In this document: one piece after another, positions 39,414 through 50,300 of the stretch
Position numbering within the stretch: position 1 is the stretch's first letter
Layout of the letters: each line of letters starts with the position of its first letter
Origin: a virus
Strand: one strand, 5' to 3'
Length of the DNA stretch: 64,000 nt
IMG/VR virus record: IMGVR_UViG_3300031578_000004
Span: 66,359 to 130,358 of that record
The notes under the pieces: model-generated
Told to the model about the DNA's origin: nothing
Databases searched by the model: none
The model's input: the letters and a program-made list of their open reading frames with translations, nothing else
Position numbers and translations under genes: made by a program

Positions 39414-40611
39414 ATGGATGACTGATAATGAACATTTTGGTAGTGAGTATCCTAATAATATGCTATTAGAAAAAACCATTGAGAGATTTGAAATTCAAAA
39501 AAATTCTCTTGAAGGAAAAGATGCAGTTATTGATGGAGTGAGCGAACGTGTTGTTTCTCAAAATCATACAAATCCTTTAAATCAAAGTAAATATGATTTA
39601 AAAATTCATTGTGATATGAGTAGTTTAGTACATACAGGTTCAATAATTGAGATGGAAAATAAAACTTGGTTAGTTACAAGTAACGTATTTGATACTCAAG
39701 CATACAAAACCGTAAGTGTTGTTAAATCCAACAACACCCTAACTTTCTATTCCTCCCAAATTCTATATACGCTCCCCTGTATCTTTTCAGATATAAGCAT
39801 AGATATGGAAGAAAGCAAATTTATGAATCTTCCTATCGGACATTACTTAATTTATATTTCTAGTGGATATATTACTAAATCTGATTTAAACTTACGTTTT
39901 ATATTAAATGATTCAGCTTATAAGATTGAAGGGATAAGTAATGCTACAAATGGATTAGTGAAGATTGAGTTAGTGGATGATGAAATAACTCCTGATGATA
40001 ATCTTGAATTAGGTATTGCTAATTATTATAGTAATCAAATACAATATGAAGTTACTATATTAAATGGGGAATTTGCTTCTTTACTCTATACAAATTCCAC
40101 ACTACAATTAAATGTACAATGTAAAGAAAATGGAGCAATCGTTAGTAATCCATTAGTTGTTTATACAACTAATAATAACTTAATTGCAACAGTTTCCAAC
40201 GCAGGTTTAGTTACAGTAATTGGAACAGGGGATTGTATTATTACTGCTACTTATAATGGTATAACGGATACAATGAATATTCATGGAGATATTTCATCTT
40301 CAAATAATTATTCTCTTACTTTAACACCTACAGATACGACTTTAAATCTAGGTGGAACATTAAAATTTACGGCACACGCATTTAATAATGGAATTGAAGA
40401 TTTAACAAGGCAATTTAATTTTATTGTATCCAATCTCGATGGAACTACTAATAAATATGTAACCGTGATATCGGATTTTAATATTTGTACACTTAATGCA
40501 AGTATATCATCAAGTCTTGCTATGAATAAATATATAAAAGTAAGAGCTGAATTAACATATGATTCGGCTATTTTTGTTGAGAAACAAATTAAAATTATTG
40601 GATTAATATAG
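39397..40611 (+). CDS. Putative head-closure protein with Ig-like (Big_2) domain
   Basis: DDNLELGIANYY then IATVSNAGLVTVIGTGDCIITATY. Confidence 0.65.
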   Translation: MNTRNEWMTDNEHFGSEYPNNMLLEKTIERFEIQKNSLEGKDAVIDGVSERVVSQNHTNPLNQSKYDLKIHCDMSSLVHTGSIIEMENKTWLVTSNVFDTQAYKTVSVVKSNNTLTFYSSQILYTLPCIFSDISIDMEESKFMNLPIGHYLIYISSGYITKSDLNLRFILNDSAYKIEGISNATNGLVKIELVDDEITPDDNLELGIANYYSNQIQYEVTILNGEFASLLYTNSTLQLNVQCKENGAIVSNPLVVYTTNNNLIATVSNAGLVTVIGTGDCIITATYNGITDTMNIHGDISSSNNYSLTLTPTDTTLNLGGTLKFTAHAFNNGIEDLTRQFNFIVSNLDGTTNKYVTVISDFNICTLNASISSSLAMNKYIKVRAELTYDSAIFVEKQIKIIGLI

Positions 40612-40623
40612 GAGGTGTATATA

Positions 40624-41112
40624 TTGAAAATTGGTCAATCAATAACTGAATTACAAAATAAAGTAATAGATAAAATATTAAAAAATCAAGAAATAGTTAA
40701 GGCATTAATTATTGATAATGAAGATTTTCTCAATATAACACCTACTGCTGAACAGAATGCTATATTGGAAAAACCAAATGTTTTAATTAGAAAACAGATA
40801 ATGCCTTATAAAAATATTACATCTGTAACCAATATTGATAAACCTTATATTACTTCTGCTTGGGTAAATTTTAAAAGAACAAGTAATAACTATAAAAGTG
40901 GTAGAGTTTATTTTTATATAATAATGCCTAATAGCTTAGAAAAAACAGCAGAAGGTATTAGATATCTTTTTATAGCAGATAGACTTGATGAATTATTATC
41001 TGAAAGTGGTATAGGTAGATTTGTTTTTGATGAACGAGGAGATTTTCCGATAGATAAAGAAACTTTAGGTCATTACATAGTTTTTAATATAGAAGATTTT
41101 TATGGTGTATAA
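40624..41112 (+). CDS. Putative tail terminator/completion protein
   Basis: Size, synteny, IRYLFIADRLDELL. Confidence 0.5.
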   Translation: MKIGQSITELQNKVIDKILKNQEIVKALIIDNEDFLNITPTAEQNAILEKPNVLIRKQIMPYKNITSVTNIDKPYITSAWVNFKRTSNNYKSGRVYFYIIMPNSLEKTAEGIRYLFIADRLDELLSESGIGRFVFDERGDFPIDKETLGHYIVFNIEDFYGV

Positions 41113-41114
41113 AT

Positions 41115-41822
41115 ATGGATATTAAATTAAATTTGATTTTACAAGAGCCTATTGATTTTTATGGAATACCTATTCAACTTATAACTTTTGAAGAAATATT
41201 TAAATATGGAATAGATAAATTTAATCAACTATTAATACCGTTTAGTATTACCATTGATTTATTGGAAAACGAGTTATCTGAGGAAGATAAATTAAAAATT
41301 AAAAACTTTGATTTAGTTGTTTCTGATAAAAGCATTTTCCAATTATTAATACAGGCATTGCAACTATTTTGTAAAACAGATGACATTCAATTTGTTGAAG
41401 AAGGTATTAAAATTAAAGATGGTATTCTAAATAGAGATAATTTTGATGAATTTGCTATAATCATTCTTCAAATATGTGCAAGAGAGAGACAAACAAAAGA
41501 AAGAGTGCCTATATTTAAAAATGATTTACAAAGAGATATTTGGACAAAACTTCAAGAAGGTAGAAAACGTGAGGCTAAAAAAAATGAATTGAAATTAGAA
41601 GATGTAATTAATATTGTTCAATATGGTGGGAAATCGTTTATACCCAAAGAAGAAATTAAAAAATTTACTTTATGGGAAATGATGAACGCTTATAAAACAA
41701 TATTAGGTATTTCTAATTACCAAGATAGTTTTAGTATTTATTTAATTAGTGGTGAAAAATCATTAGTTGAAGGAAAACATTGGACTGAATTAATTAAAAT
41801 TGATAATAAATCAAAAGAGTAA
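41115..41822 (+). CDS. Putative tail assembly protein
   Basis: Synteny; NRDNFDEF, FTLWEM, HW motifs. Confidence 0.5.
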   Translation: MDIKLNLILQEPIDFYGIPIQLITFEEIFKYGIDKFNQLLIPFSITIDLLENELSEEDKLKIKNFDLVVSDKSIFQLLIQALQLFCKTDDIQFVEEGIKIKDGILNRDNFDEFAIIILQICARERQTKERVPIFKNDLQRDIWTKLQEGRKREAKKNELKLEDVINIVQYGGKSFIPKEEIKKFTLWEMMNAYKTILGISNYQDSFSIYLISGEKSLVEGKHWTELIKIDNKSKE

Positions 41823-41889
41823 TAAGCCGAAAGGCTTTTTATTTTATATAAAACCAAAACAAAAAAATATTTAAGGAGGCAAAAAAATT

Positions 41890-43618
41890 ATGTTATATGG
41901 TATTAAGGATTGAATGCAGTCCCCTGTGTTAGTGATAGCATATGGAAAACTCCGAATATGCTGGAAACCCCTTAGAGTCTTTAATAGTAATTTATATAAG
42001 AAATTATATAAATATCTGAAAATTTAAAGAATTGGGCAATCAGCAGAGATAGACCTAACCCTATTAATAGGTATGGTAAGCTCTCAGAGACTACCAAGGA
42101 GTGTCTTGTAAGGACTTATTCACAAGACAATGGTATAGTCCATTCCCCTAATAAGTACGAAAGGAATGATAGTAGATGGTAAAGTTACCGTCAAAGGTTA
42201 ATATAGAAGCATTAATAATAGGATTAGTAATAGGTGATGGATACATGCGGATACAAGAAAAATCACATCACGCCTATTTAGAAATATCACACTCTTTAAA
42301 ACAAAAACAATATTTAGATTTTAAAATATCTTTAGTTAAAAAATACCTTAAAATAGACCATTCTATATACAATAGAATAATAAAAAAAGATAACAAAGAA
42401 TATCCAGTTATTAAAGCAACTTTTAAGTCCGATTCAAGATTTACTCATATTTATAAATTGGTGTATGAAGATAAAATTAAAACACTTAGAAATATATATG
42501 ATAAATTTGACAAATTATCATTGGCTTTAATGTATATGGACGATGGTTCTTGTAAGGTAAAAAAAAGATTAAAACAAAAAAATGGAGATATATTATTATC
42601 TGATATTGGTTATATAGATGCTTTTATGATAGCAACTAATTGTTTTAGTTTTGGTGAGTGTAAATTATTTTGTAATATGCTTAAAAATAAATTTGATATT
42701 GATGCGACAGTTCAAAAAGATAGAGAATTACCAAGGATAGCAATATCGAATATAAAAAGTAAACAAATATTTATTGAATTAATAAAACCTTTCGTAGAAT
42801 TAGTGCCAGATATGTTATATAAAATTAATAAACCAATTAGAATGTCTGATGCTAATTTTTTAAAAATATCGGGATAACCGAGGGTATAAAAGGCTGCAAA
42901 TTTGCAGATTATTTCACAAGTAACTGGAAAACCTGTATTGTATTGTAACTATGCTCAAACAAGTTCTATAGATTTTACTGCTGATAGTGTTTATGCAATG
43001 AATAAATCTACAAAGGCGATTCGTTGGGATAAACAGAGAGAAGGTACTTTCAAAACAGAAATGGAAGTATTTGAAACTAAATGGTTGTCACTTTTATTCG
43101 GCACTTCAATGTCTTCTTCAACAAAATCAATAGCTAAAAGAGAAGTATTAGATGTTCAATCAGGGGGTCTAGGTGCTTCATTGGCAGTTGCTCCAAAACC
43201 AGGTAGTCTTGTTATTTTCATATTAAATGCAGATTCTGTATCTCATGGAATTGAACAAACAGCAGGAACTCCAGCTACCGCACCAGACACTTATAGCGTC
43301 TCAACATTAGCTCTTACTTTTAACGCAACTACTTTTGCATCTGCTGGAAAAATAGTTGCTTACTATTTAATAGATTCGGCTGTATCTGGCTTTACAGTTG
43401 ATAATATTTCATTCCCATCGGGATATAAAATTTATGCAGATTCAGCTATTAGAGGTACTGACCAAGTTGATAAATTTGTACAGTATCAGTTACTTAATGT
43501 TAAACCGAAATCTAATGTAAGTTTAACTATGGATGATAATAATGTAGCCAAACTGTCGATTGAATGGGATATTTTGTCAGATTCCGCAGGTAATATGATG
43601 CACTACATAGAAGTATAA
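41890..43618 (+). CDS. Major tail (tube) protein, spliced: exon 1 41890-41910, exon 2 42893-43618
   Basis: AAGGAGG RBS plus 7-codon exon MLYGIKD joins in frame to AANLQIISQVTGKPVLY. Confidence 0.78.
41911..42892 (+). mobile_element. Group I intron in the major tail protein gene
   Basis: GGAU/GUCC P1 with U-G; TGCTGGAAA (P), AATCAGCAG (Q), CAGAGACTAC (R), GGTATAGTCC (S); terminal G; boundaries +/-1 nt. Confidence 0.88.
42176..42877 (+). CDS. Intron-encoded LAGLIDADG homing endonuclease
   Basis: LIIGLVIGDG and LALMYMDDG motifs. Confidence 0.9.
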   Translation: MVKLPSKVNIEALIIGLVIGDGYMRIQEKSHHAYLEISHSLKQKQYLDFKISLVKKYLKIDHSIYNRIIKKDNKEYPVIKATFKSDSRFTHIYKLVYEDKIKTLRNIYDKFDKLSLALMYMDDGSCKVKKRLKQKNGDILLSDIGYIDAFMIATNCFSFGECKLFCNMLKNKFDIDATVQKDRELPRIAISNIKSKQIFIELIKPFVELVPDMLYKINKPIRMSDANFLKISG

Positions 43619-43633
43619 TAGGAGAAGTTATTT

Positions 43634-43873
43634 ATGATTAAATATAATGAAGTAAAATTGACTTACACTTGTCCTGCGTTCCCACCAGAAGGAATTTTTA
43701 TGAATAGAAGTTATAGAATTGTTAAAAAAGATAATATATTATTTGTAACTGATGGAAATAAAGATACTTTAATGGAAGAGTTATTAATAAAAATGTTGTT
43801 TTCTCCTCAAGAGAAAGATATTACTTGGATAAACGTAGATTTCAAAGAAGAAATAGTACCAAAGAAAAAATAA
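43634..43873 (+). CDS. Hypothetical protein
   Basis: AGGAG RBS; followed by a terminator at about 43890-43950. Confidence 0.6.
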   Translation: MIKYNEVKLTYTCPAFPPEGIFMNRSYRIVKKDNILFVTDGNKDTLMEELLIKMLFSPQEKDITWINVDFKEEIVPKKK

Positions 43874-44488
43874 TAAGTAATATAAAACTAATAGGAGTTG
43901 GGAAAAATGGCTCAAAAGGCTTGATAGCCTAACTCCTATTTTTTATTTTTGTAAATATAATAATTACGTTTTATTTAATGTTTAAGCCAAAATATCCCTC
44001 ACCAATAACATTACACCAAACCACTATAAACATTTCTCAAACTTTAATTAAATCACTTGTAGACGTATCTCAATATCCCAACAATACCAAAACATAACTT
44101 TGAAAATAAATAATATTAACATAGATAAATTAAAATTAGGAGTGAGAATATGATAGGTAGTTGTTTCTCTTTTAGTTTGGAAATAAACAGAGATGTTTTA
44201 GATAGATATAATATAAAACTATTGACAAGCAACATAAATAGTATATAATAAACTTATACACATAAACTAAATTATGGAATAAAGGGTGGGTGTAGTAACC
44301 CTATGCTCACTCTTTTAAAAATCTATTGTAATTATAATATAATAAACAATATAAAATTATTTTACTAACACATGAATAAATCATACACATTAGTAATATA
44401 CTTATAATAATACTCAATCCCATATTAACAAATACATATTTAATATAGTATAATATGAATATAGATATGAAATGAGAGGATTGAGAAT

Positions 44489-45052
44489 ATGGGAGTTAAA
44501 AACAAATTAAAATATTTATTAGATGCAAGGGGTTATACCCAAGCAACCTTAGCATCAATGTTAGATATTTCTTTAGTAGCATTAAATAACATAATCAATA
44601 ATAAATCTTATCCAAGCGTAGTTATTTCAATGAATATGGCGAAAGTATTTAATGTATCAGTTGAAGATATATTCTATGAAGAATCCGATAGTCTACTAAC
44701 AGAAGAGTTAAATGAAATAATTTATAACTTTGACCATGCTAATATTGATGAAAAAGAAGATTTATTAAAAAGGATTTTATATTTAGATATTCAAAATGTG
44801 GTTACAATTTTAAAAGATAAAAATCAAAAGATTTATAAAATGTTAGAATTTGAATATGAAGAAAAAGAAGATATGGGTTTATATGAGAGATTTGATTTTC
44901 ATATTAATTTTCAATTGAGACATATAATTAAACTTATGGATGATACATTAAATGATAATAGAGAACTAAAAAATTCCTTAGAAAAGTTATTAGAATCGGT
45001 TATAAGGTATAATCAAAAGATGATAGATAAGAATATAAAGTTTAATTTATAA
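44489..45052 (+). CDS. XRE-family HTH transcriptional regulator
   Basis: NKLKYLLDARGYTQATLASMLDIS...PSVVISMNMAKVFNVSVEDIF. Confidence 0.88.
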   Translation: MGVKNKLKYLLDARGYTQATLASMLDISLVALNNIINNKSYPSVVISMNMAKVFNVSVEDIFYEESDSLLTEELNEIIYNFDHANIDEKEDLLKRILYLDIQNVVTILKDKNQKIYKMLEFEYEEKEDMGLYERFDFHINFQLRHIIKLMDDTLNDNRELKNSLEKLLESVIRYNQKMIDKNIKFNL

Positions 45053-45079
45053 ATTATTATTTATTTTTATAAAGAATAG

Positions 45080-45108
45080 TTGACATTTTAAATTTCCCAG
45101 CATATAAT
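45080..45108 (+). promoter_or_regulatory. Sigma-A-like promoter
   Basis: TTGACA-N17-TATAAT. Confidence 0.65.
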
Positions 45109-45174
45109 ATAATTAGGAAAGGGAAATAAATCCCAAACTAACCAAAATATATTATATGAAGGGGTGTTATTAAA

Positions 45175-45468
45175 ATGGATGTAATAACAAGTAAGAGAAT
45201 GGAACAAAAACAGTATCGTGAGGCAGAAAGTGATTATGGAATCGGTTTAGCAGAATATAACTATGGTGACAAAATGAAGTTGAGTTGGTTGGATATAATA
45301 AATTACGTATATGAGCAAACTCGAAAAGGAATTGGTAAAGTAATAATAAAAGAAAATTTCCTAAGAGACATAATAGACCCAAAGATTAGTGAAATGAATA
45401 TTGATTTAAGTGTAATGGAAGTTAATATAGAAATGGAGCTTGAACTTGAAAGATATAACTATAAATAA
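45175..45468 (+). CDS. Hypothetical protein
   Basis: 97-aa ORF with RBS and own promoter. Confidence 0.6.
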   Translation: MDVITSKRMEQKQYREAESDYGIGLAEYNYGDKMKLSWLDIINYVYEQTRKGIGKVIIKENFLRDIIDPKISEMNIDLSVMEVNIEMELELERYNYK

Positions 45469-45716
45469 AAAAAATAAGTATCCTGTCAGATACTTAGTAA
45501 AATAAATAATTGTTCGGTTGAGTTAATTATATACTTAATATTAGATAAAATCAATAAATAGAATAAATAGATAATAGTTTTCACAAGGGATAGATTAGCA
45601 TGAGTTTGCAAAATCCTCCCCATACATAAACAATCTACATAATTGTAAATATTCCCAACATATAATATAATATATATAATTGTGTAGATTGTTCAAATTT
45701 AAAGGAGGATTAATTT

Positions 45717-46217
45717 ATGAAAAAATTCTTTATTCCATTGATTCTAGTATTGGTTTTAATATTATCATCATGCACGAGTACATTATCAGACGAACAGAAA
45801 GATAAAATAATAATAAGTGCTTATACAAAAGGTGATGTAGAGACTGCAAAACGGAAAGCAGTAGAATTATATAAAGATGATGAAAGCAAAGCTATTACTT
45901 GGCTTATGGTTTTTAATGAAACAGAAAATAAAGATTACAAAGATAAGTTAATAATACAAGATGGTTGGACTTGGAAAGTTGATAAAAATTATTCTTATGT
46001 AAAGGGTAGGGTAAAAAATACAAGTGATAAAGATATTAGATACTTTGAAGTGACAGTAGAGTATTTAGATAGTGCAGGAAAAGTTTTAGATTCTGATTAT
46101 ACCAATAGCGGAGAAACATTGAGAATTGGCAATCAGAAGGAATTTGAAATAATGCATAAGAATAATAGTGATTATGAAAAAGTTAGAGTGTTTGTAAATG
46201 AAGTGAGAACTGAATAA
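45717..46217 (+). CDS. Lipoprotein with FxLYD-like domain
   Basis: Lipobox LSSC; VKGRVKNTS...VEYLDSAGKVLD. Confidence 0.78.
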   Translation: MKKFFIPLILVLVLILSSCTSTLSDEQKDKIIISAYTKGDVETAKRKAVELYKDDESKAITWLMVFNETENKDYKDKLIIQDGWTWKVDKNYSYVKGRVKNTSDKDIRYFEVTVEYLDSAGKVLDSDYTNSGETLRIGNQKEFEIMHKNNSDYEKVRVFVNEVRTE

Positions 46218-46302
46218 AACAAAATTATTAAAAGAAGCAAGTAATTCTTGTTTCTTTTAATTTGAATAAATAAAATATATAAAATTAATTGGAGGTAAAG
46301 GA

Positions 46303-46824
46303 ATGGAAGTAAATTTAGTAACTATAGAACAGGTGAAAGAAAATATAGAATTATTAATAGTAAAACAATACATACCTTTTGCATTTAAAAAGAAGATGGT
46401 AGAAGATATAATAGAAACCTGCACATCTACAAATGAAAGTGGATTTTATATTGATAGTTTATTCAAGCAGATGGCTTTTGAATATTCAATAGTTAATCAG
46501 TATAGTAATATTGAATTATCTGATAATAATATAATTGAAACCTATGACACAATTAAAGAATTTGGAATAGTAAACCATGTATTTAAATCAGTAGAAATAG
46601 AAGAAATTAAGTTTATAGAAAAATGTTTAAATGAACAATTAGAATATTTACTTAAAATAAACAATAGTATTGAAAGCGTTATTGCAAAGGGTATTTCTAA
46701 GATAGTAGAAAAAATACCAAATAGCAAAGAAATAAATAAAATGATTCCAAAATTAACTAAAGAGTTGAGTAAAATTTCGCCAGAAACAATGGAAATAATA
46801 AAAGGTTTTAATAAAACAAAATAA
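46303..46824 (+). CDS. Putative tail assembly chaperone
   Basis: KQYIPFAFKK motif; upstream of the tape measure gene. Confidence 0.5.
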   Translation: MEVNLVTIEQVKENIELLIVKQYIPFAFKKKMVEDIIETCTSTNESGFYIDSLFKQMAFEYSIVNQYSNIELSDNNIIETYDTIKEFGIVNHVFKSVEIEEIKFIEKCLNEQLEYLLKINNSIESVIAKGISKIVEKIPNSKEINKMIPKLTKELSKISPETMEIIKGFNKTK

Positions 46825-46900
46825 ATTTAAAAAACAAAATATATAAAAATAAACCTCTCTATTAATTTAGGGAGGTTTTTATTATTGGTGGTGATATTTA

Positions 46901-47338
46901 GTGTTAATATCCGACAAAGATATACAAAATGAAATGAATTTATATATAAAAAACATTCAGAAACGTTGTGAGCAGATATTAAGGGAAGAAATTGGAAGGT
47001 TAGTATACGATTCCTATAACAGTGTGCAATATGAACGCACCTTTTCTCTACTTGAGTCTGTAGATTCTAAAATAACAGAGGATGGAAGTTTATTAGTTTA
47101 TATCAATGAAGGATTATTGGATTATTTTTCTGTAGTAGATGGAAGTGACCAATCCAAGAATGTTCCTTTTTACTTAAACTATGGACATACAGATAATACG
47201 GGTATTGATAATATGTATCACAATTATCCTGCTCGTAACTTTATTGAGAGTAGTGCTGAAAGAATGAGTAAGGAATTTGGAATGAAAGTTGAAATAATTA
47301 ATGATAGAAATATTGGATATTTGGATAATTATAGATAA
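46901..47338 (+). CDS. Putative tail-completion (HK97 gp10-like) protein
   Basis: VYDSY...YERTFSLLES...PARNFIE. Confidence 0.55.
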   Translation: MLISDKDIQNEMNLYIKNIQKRCEQILREEIGRLVYDSYNSVQYERTFSLLESVDSKITEDGSLLVYINEGLLDYFSVVDGSDQSKNVPFYLNYGHTDNTGIDNMYHNYPARNFIESSAERMSKEFGMKVEIINDRNIGYLDNYR

Positions 47339-47367
47339 TTCACATTCACAGAAAGCGAGGTGTAAAC

Positions 47368-50300
47368 ATGGCTTTAGGTATTAAAATGCAACTGATAAAT
47401 AAACAAGAATTAGAAAAAGAATATTCTAGTTATCTTGATAGTTTATCTAAAAAATATAATCTTAATGTAAAAATCAATTCTACAATTAATGAACAAATGA
47501 AACAAACAGAACAAATTACAAAGAATACTACACAAGCACAAAATACTCAAAATAAATCCTTACAAGAACTGATACAATTAAGAAAAACATTACAAATAGA
47601 TGCTCAACAATTTACTCAACTTGCTTCAAAATATAGGCAAGAAGAAGAATTTGTAAATTTAACTAAAAAAGAACAAGTTCAATTAGTAAGTATGCTAACT
47701 AAAGCTGAAAAAGAACATTCTGCGGTTTTAAATAGTAGAACTAATACTTTGAAAACCATGAATAATCAAGAAGAACAATTAGCAAAATTAATGGCTAAAG
47801 GAAGAGAGGCATCTCAATTAAAATCCAAAACAAATGACAGAAGTGCAGAATTGTTACAAACCAAAGCAATTAATCAATCTTTAGAAAAAACAAAACAATT
47901 AGAAATAGATATAGCATTATATAAACAAAAAATGCTTGGTGGAAATGGTTTTTCAGGAGAATTGGATATATTTGCAGGAAAACAAAAGGGTAGATATGAT
48001 ACAGATGCATTAGCTAAAATTAAAACAGATATACAAGGTTTAAATACAGCTACTCCTGAATTAAATTCTAAAATAAAACAAACTGGTATAGAATTTTCTT
48101 CATTAAAACAACAAGCAGGTCAATCAGGTAGTGTAATGGCTAATGCATTAGAAAATGCAGGTAAATTCTTACGTTTTTATTTAGTAGGAGGATTATTAGT
48201 TGGTGCAGTAAATGTATTAAAAGGAAGTTTAACTACCATAAGAGAAATGGATACGGCATTAACAAATTTAAAAAAAGTTTCAGATGAACTAGGTAAGAGT
48301 GTGGGAATTACTCAGTTTTTAACTGATGTAAATAATTTAGCTATTGAAGTAGGACATAGTACAAAAGCAGCGATAGAAGCAATTACTGATTTTAAAAAAT
48401 TAGGTTATTCTTTATTGGATTCTCAAGAATTAGCAAAAAATGCTTTAATATATAGTAATGTTGGGGATTTACCTATTGAAGATTCAACAAAATCTTTAAT
48501 TTCTACTATGCAAGGTTTTAAAATAGAAGCAAAAGATACTATGGAAATAATTGACAAATTTAATAATATTGGAAATAAATTTGCAGTTACATCCGAAGGA
48601 ATAGGAAATGCATTACAAAAAAGTGCAGCTTCTTTACAAATTTCAGGAAATACTTTAGATGAATCAATTGCATTAATAGCTAGTGCTAATCGTTCTGTTC
48701 AAGACCCTGAGAAAATAGGAAATTCCCTAAAAACTGTTTCTATGCGATTAAGAGGGATATCTGAAGAAACAGGAGAAGCTATTCCTAAATTAGATAGATT
48801 TGTAAAATCTTTAACAGGTGTTGATATTATGAAAGATAAAAATACTTTCAAATCAACATATGAAATATTATTGCAGATTGGACAAGAATTTGACAATCTT
48901 ACAGATAAAAGTAAAGCTAATTTAGTTGAAAAATTATTTGGATTAAGACAAGGAAACGTTGGTACGGCTATACTTACCAATACTAAAGATTTAATTAATG
49001 TCTTAGAAGAATCTTCTAATTCCGCAGGTTCGGCTTTACAAGAACAAGAGGCTTTTATGACATCTTTAGATGCAAAAACAAATAGATTTAGCGAAACAGT
49101 TGTAAAATTTTGGAACAATTTAATTAGTACCGATTTAGTTAAATGGTTTGTTGATTTAGGTACAGGTATTATTAATGTTGCCGATAATGGTTTTGTAAGA
49201 TTTATAGCTTCTATAATCCTTACAACAGTTGCTATTGCAGGATTAACAGTAGGATTAGGTGTAATGAAAGCAGGATTTTTAAAGACAGCAATGGGAATAG
49301 CCGTATTAAAAATGGCTGAAGATGGTTTAATAGTAACAACACAAAAATTAACGGCAACATTACTGGCTTCTCCCTTATTTTGGTTAGCAGCAGGAGTTAC
49401 TACTATTTATGCAGTAGTAAAAGCTGTGGATTTTTTTACTGTATCAATTGAAGAACAACAAACAAAAGTAGCAGATTTAACATCAAAATATAATGCACTA
49501 TTAGATAAAATAAAAGAACTTAAACAGGTAAAGTCTCTAACTGAAGACCAAAAACAATATATAGATATTTTAGATAGAGAATTATTAATTCAAGAAAAAA
49601 TACTTGCAATAGAAAAAGAACGTTTGATTTTAAAGGAAATTTTTGGAAAAGGTGTTTTAGGTAAGGGAATAGCAGGAGATATAGCAAAAGAAGCAATTCA
49701 AGCAACGGACTTAGCTGAAACTATAAAAGAAATACAAGATAGAATTTCTGAAACACCCAAGGGAACAGATACAAGTGCATGGACTAAAGTATTACAGGGT
49801 TTAAGAGAAGATGCACTAGCATTAGAAGATACCTTAACTCAACAAAAGAAAATAATTAAAGATGATATTGATTCTTATAAGATAATAGGGGAAGTGGCAC
49901 CTCAAGCTTTAAAAGACCAATTAGTTGCTATTGATGATACTTTAGTTGGCTTACAACAGTTGAATAACTCTTTAAATGATATACCAACAAACGCCACAGA
50001 AGCAGGAGATGCCCTCGAATCAGCATTTGACTTCACTTCCGCAGAAGAATCTATAAAAACATTACAAAAAGTTAAAGAAGAGACAAAAGATTTAACTGAT
50101 GCAATGGCTGAATATAATGATGCTGGAAAATTTAATAATAAAACTTTACTAGAATTAGTTGCAAAATATCCAGACCTTATAAAGTACCTCGGAAATGAGA
50201 AAGAATTATACGAACAAATATCAAAGAAAGTCAATCAAAAAACCACAGATGTACAAACAGCATATAACACAGAATTAACAGCATTAGAAACTAGTATAAA

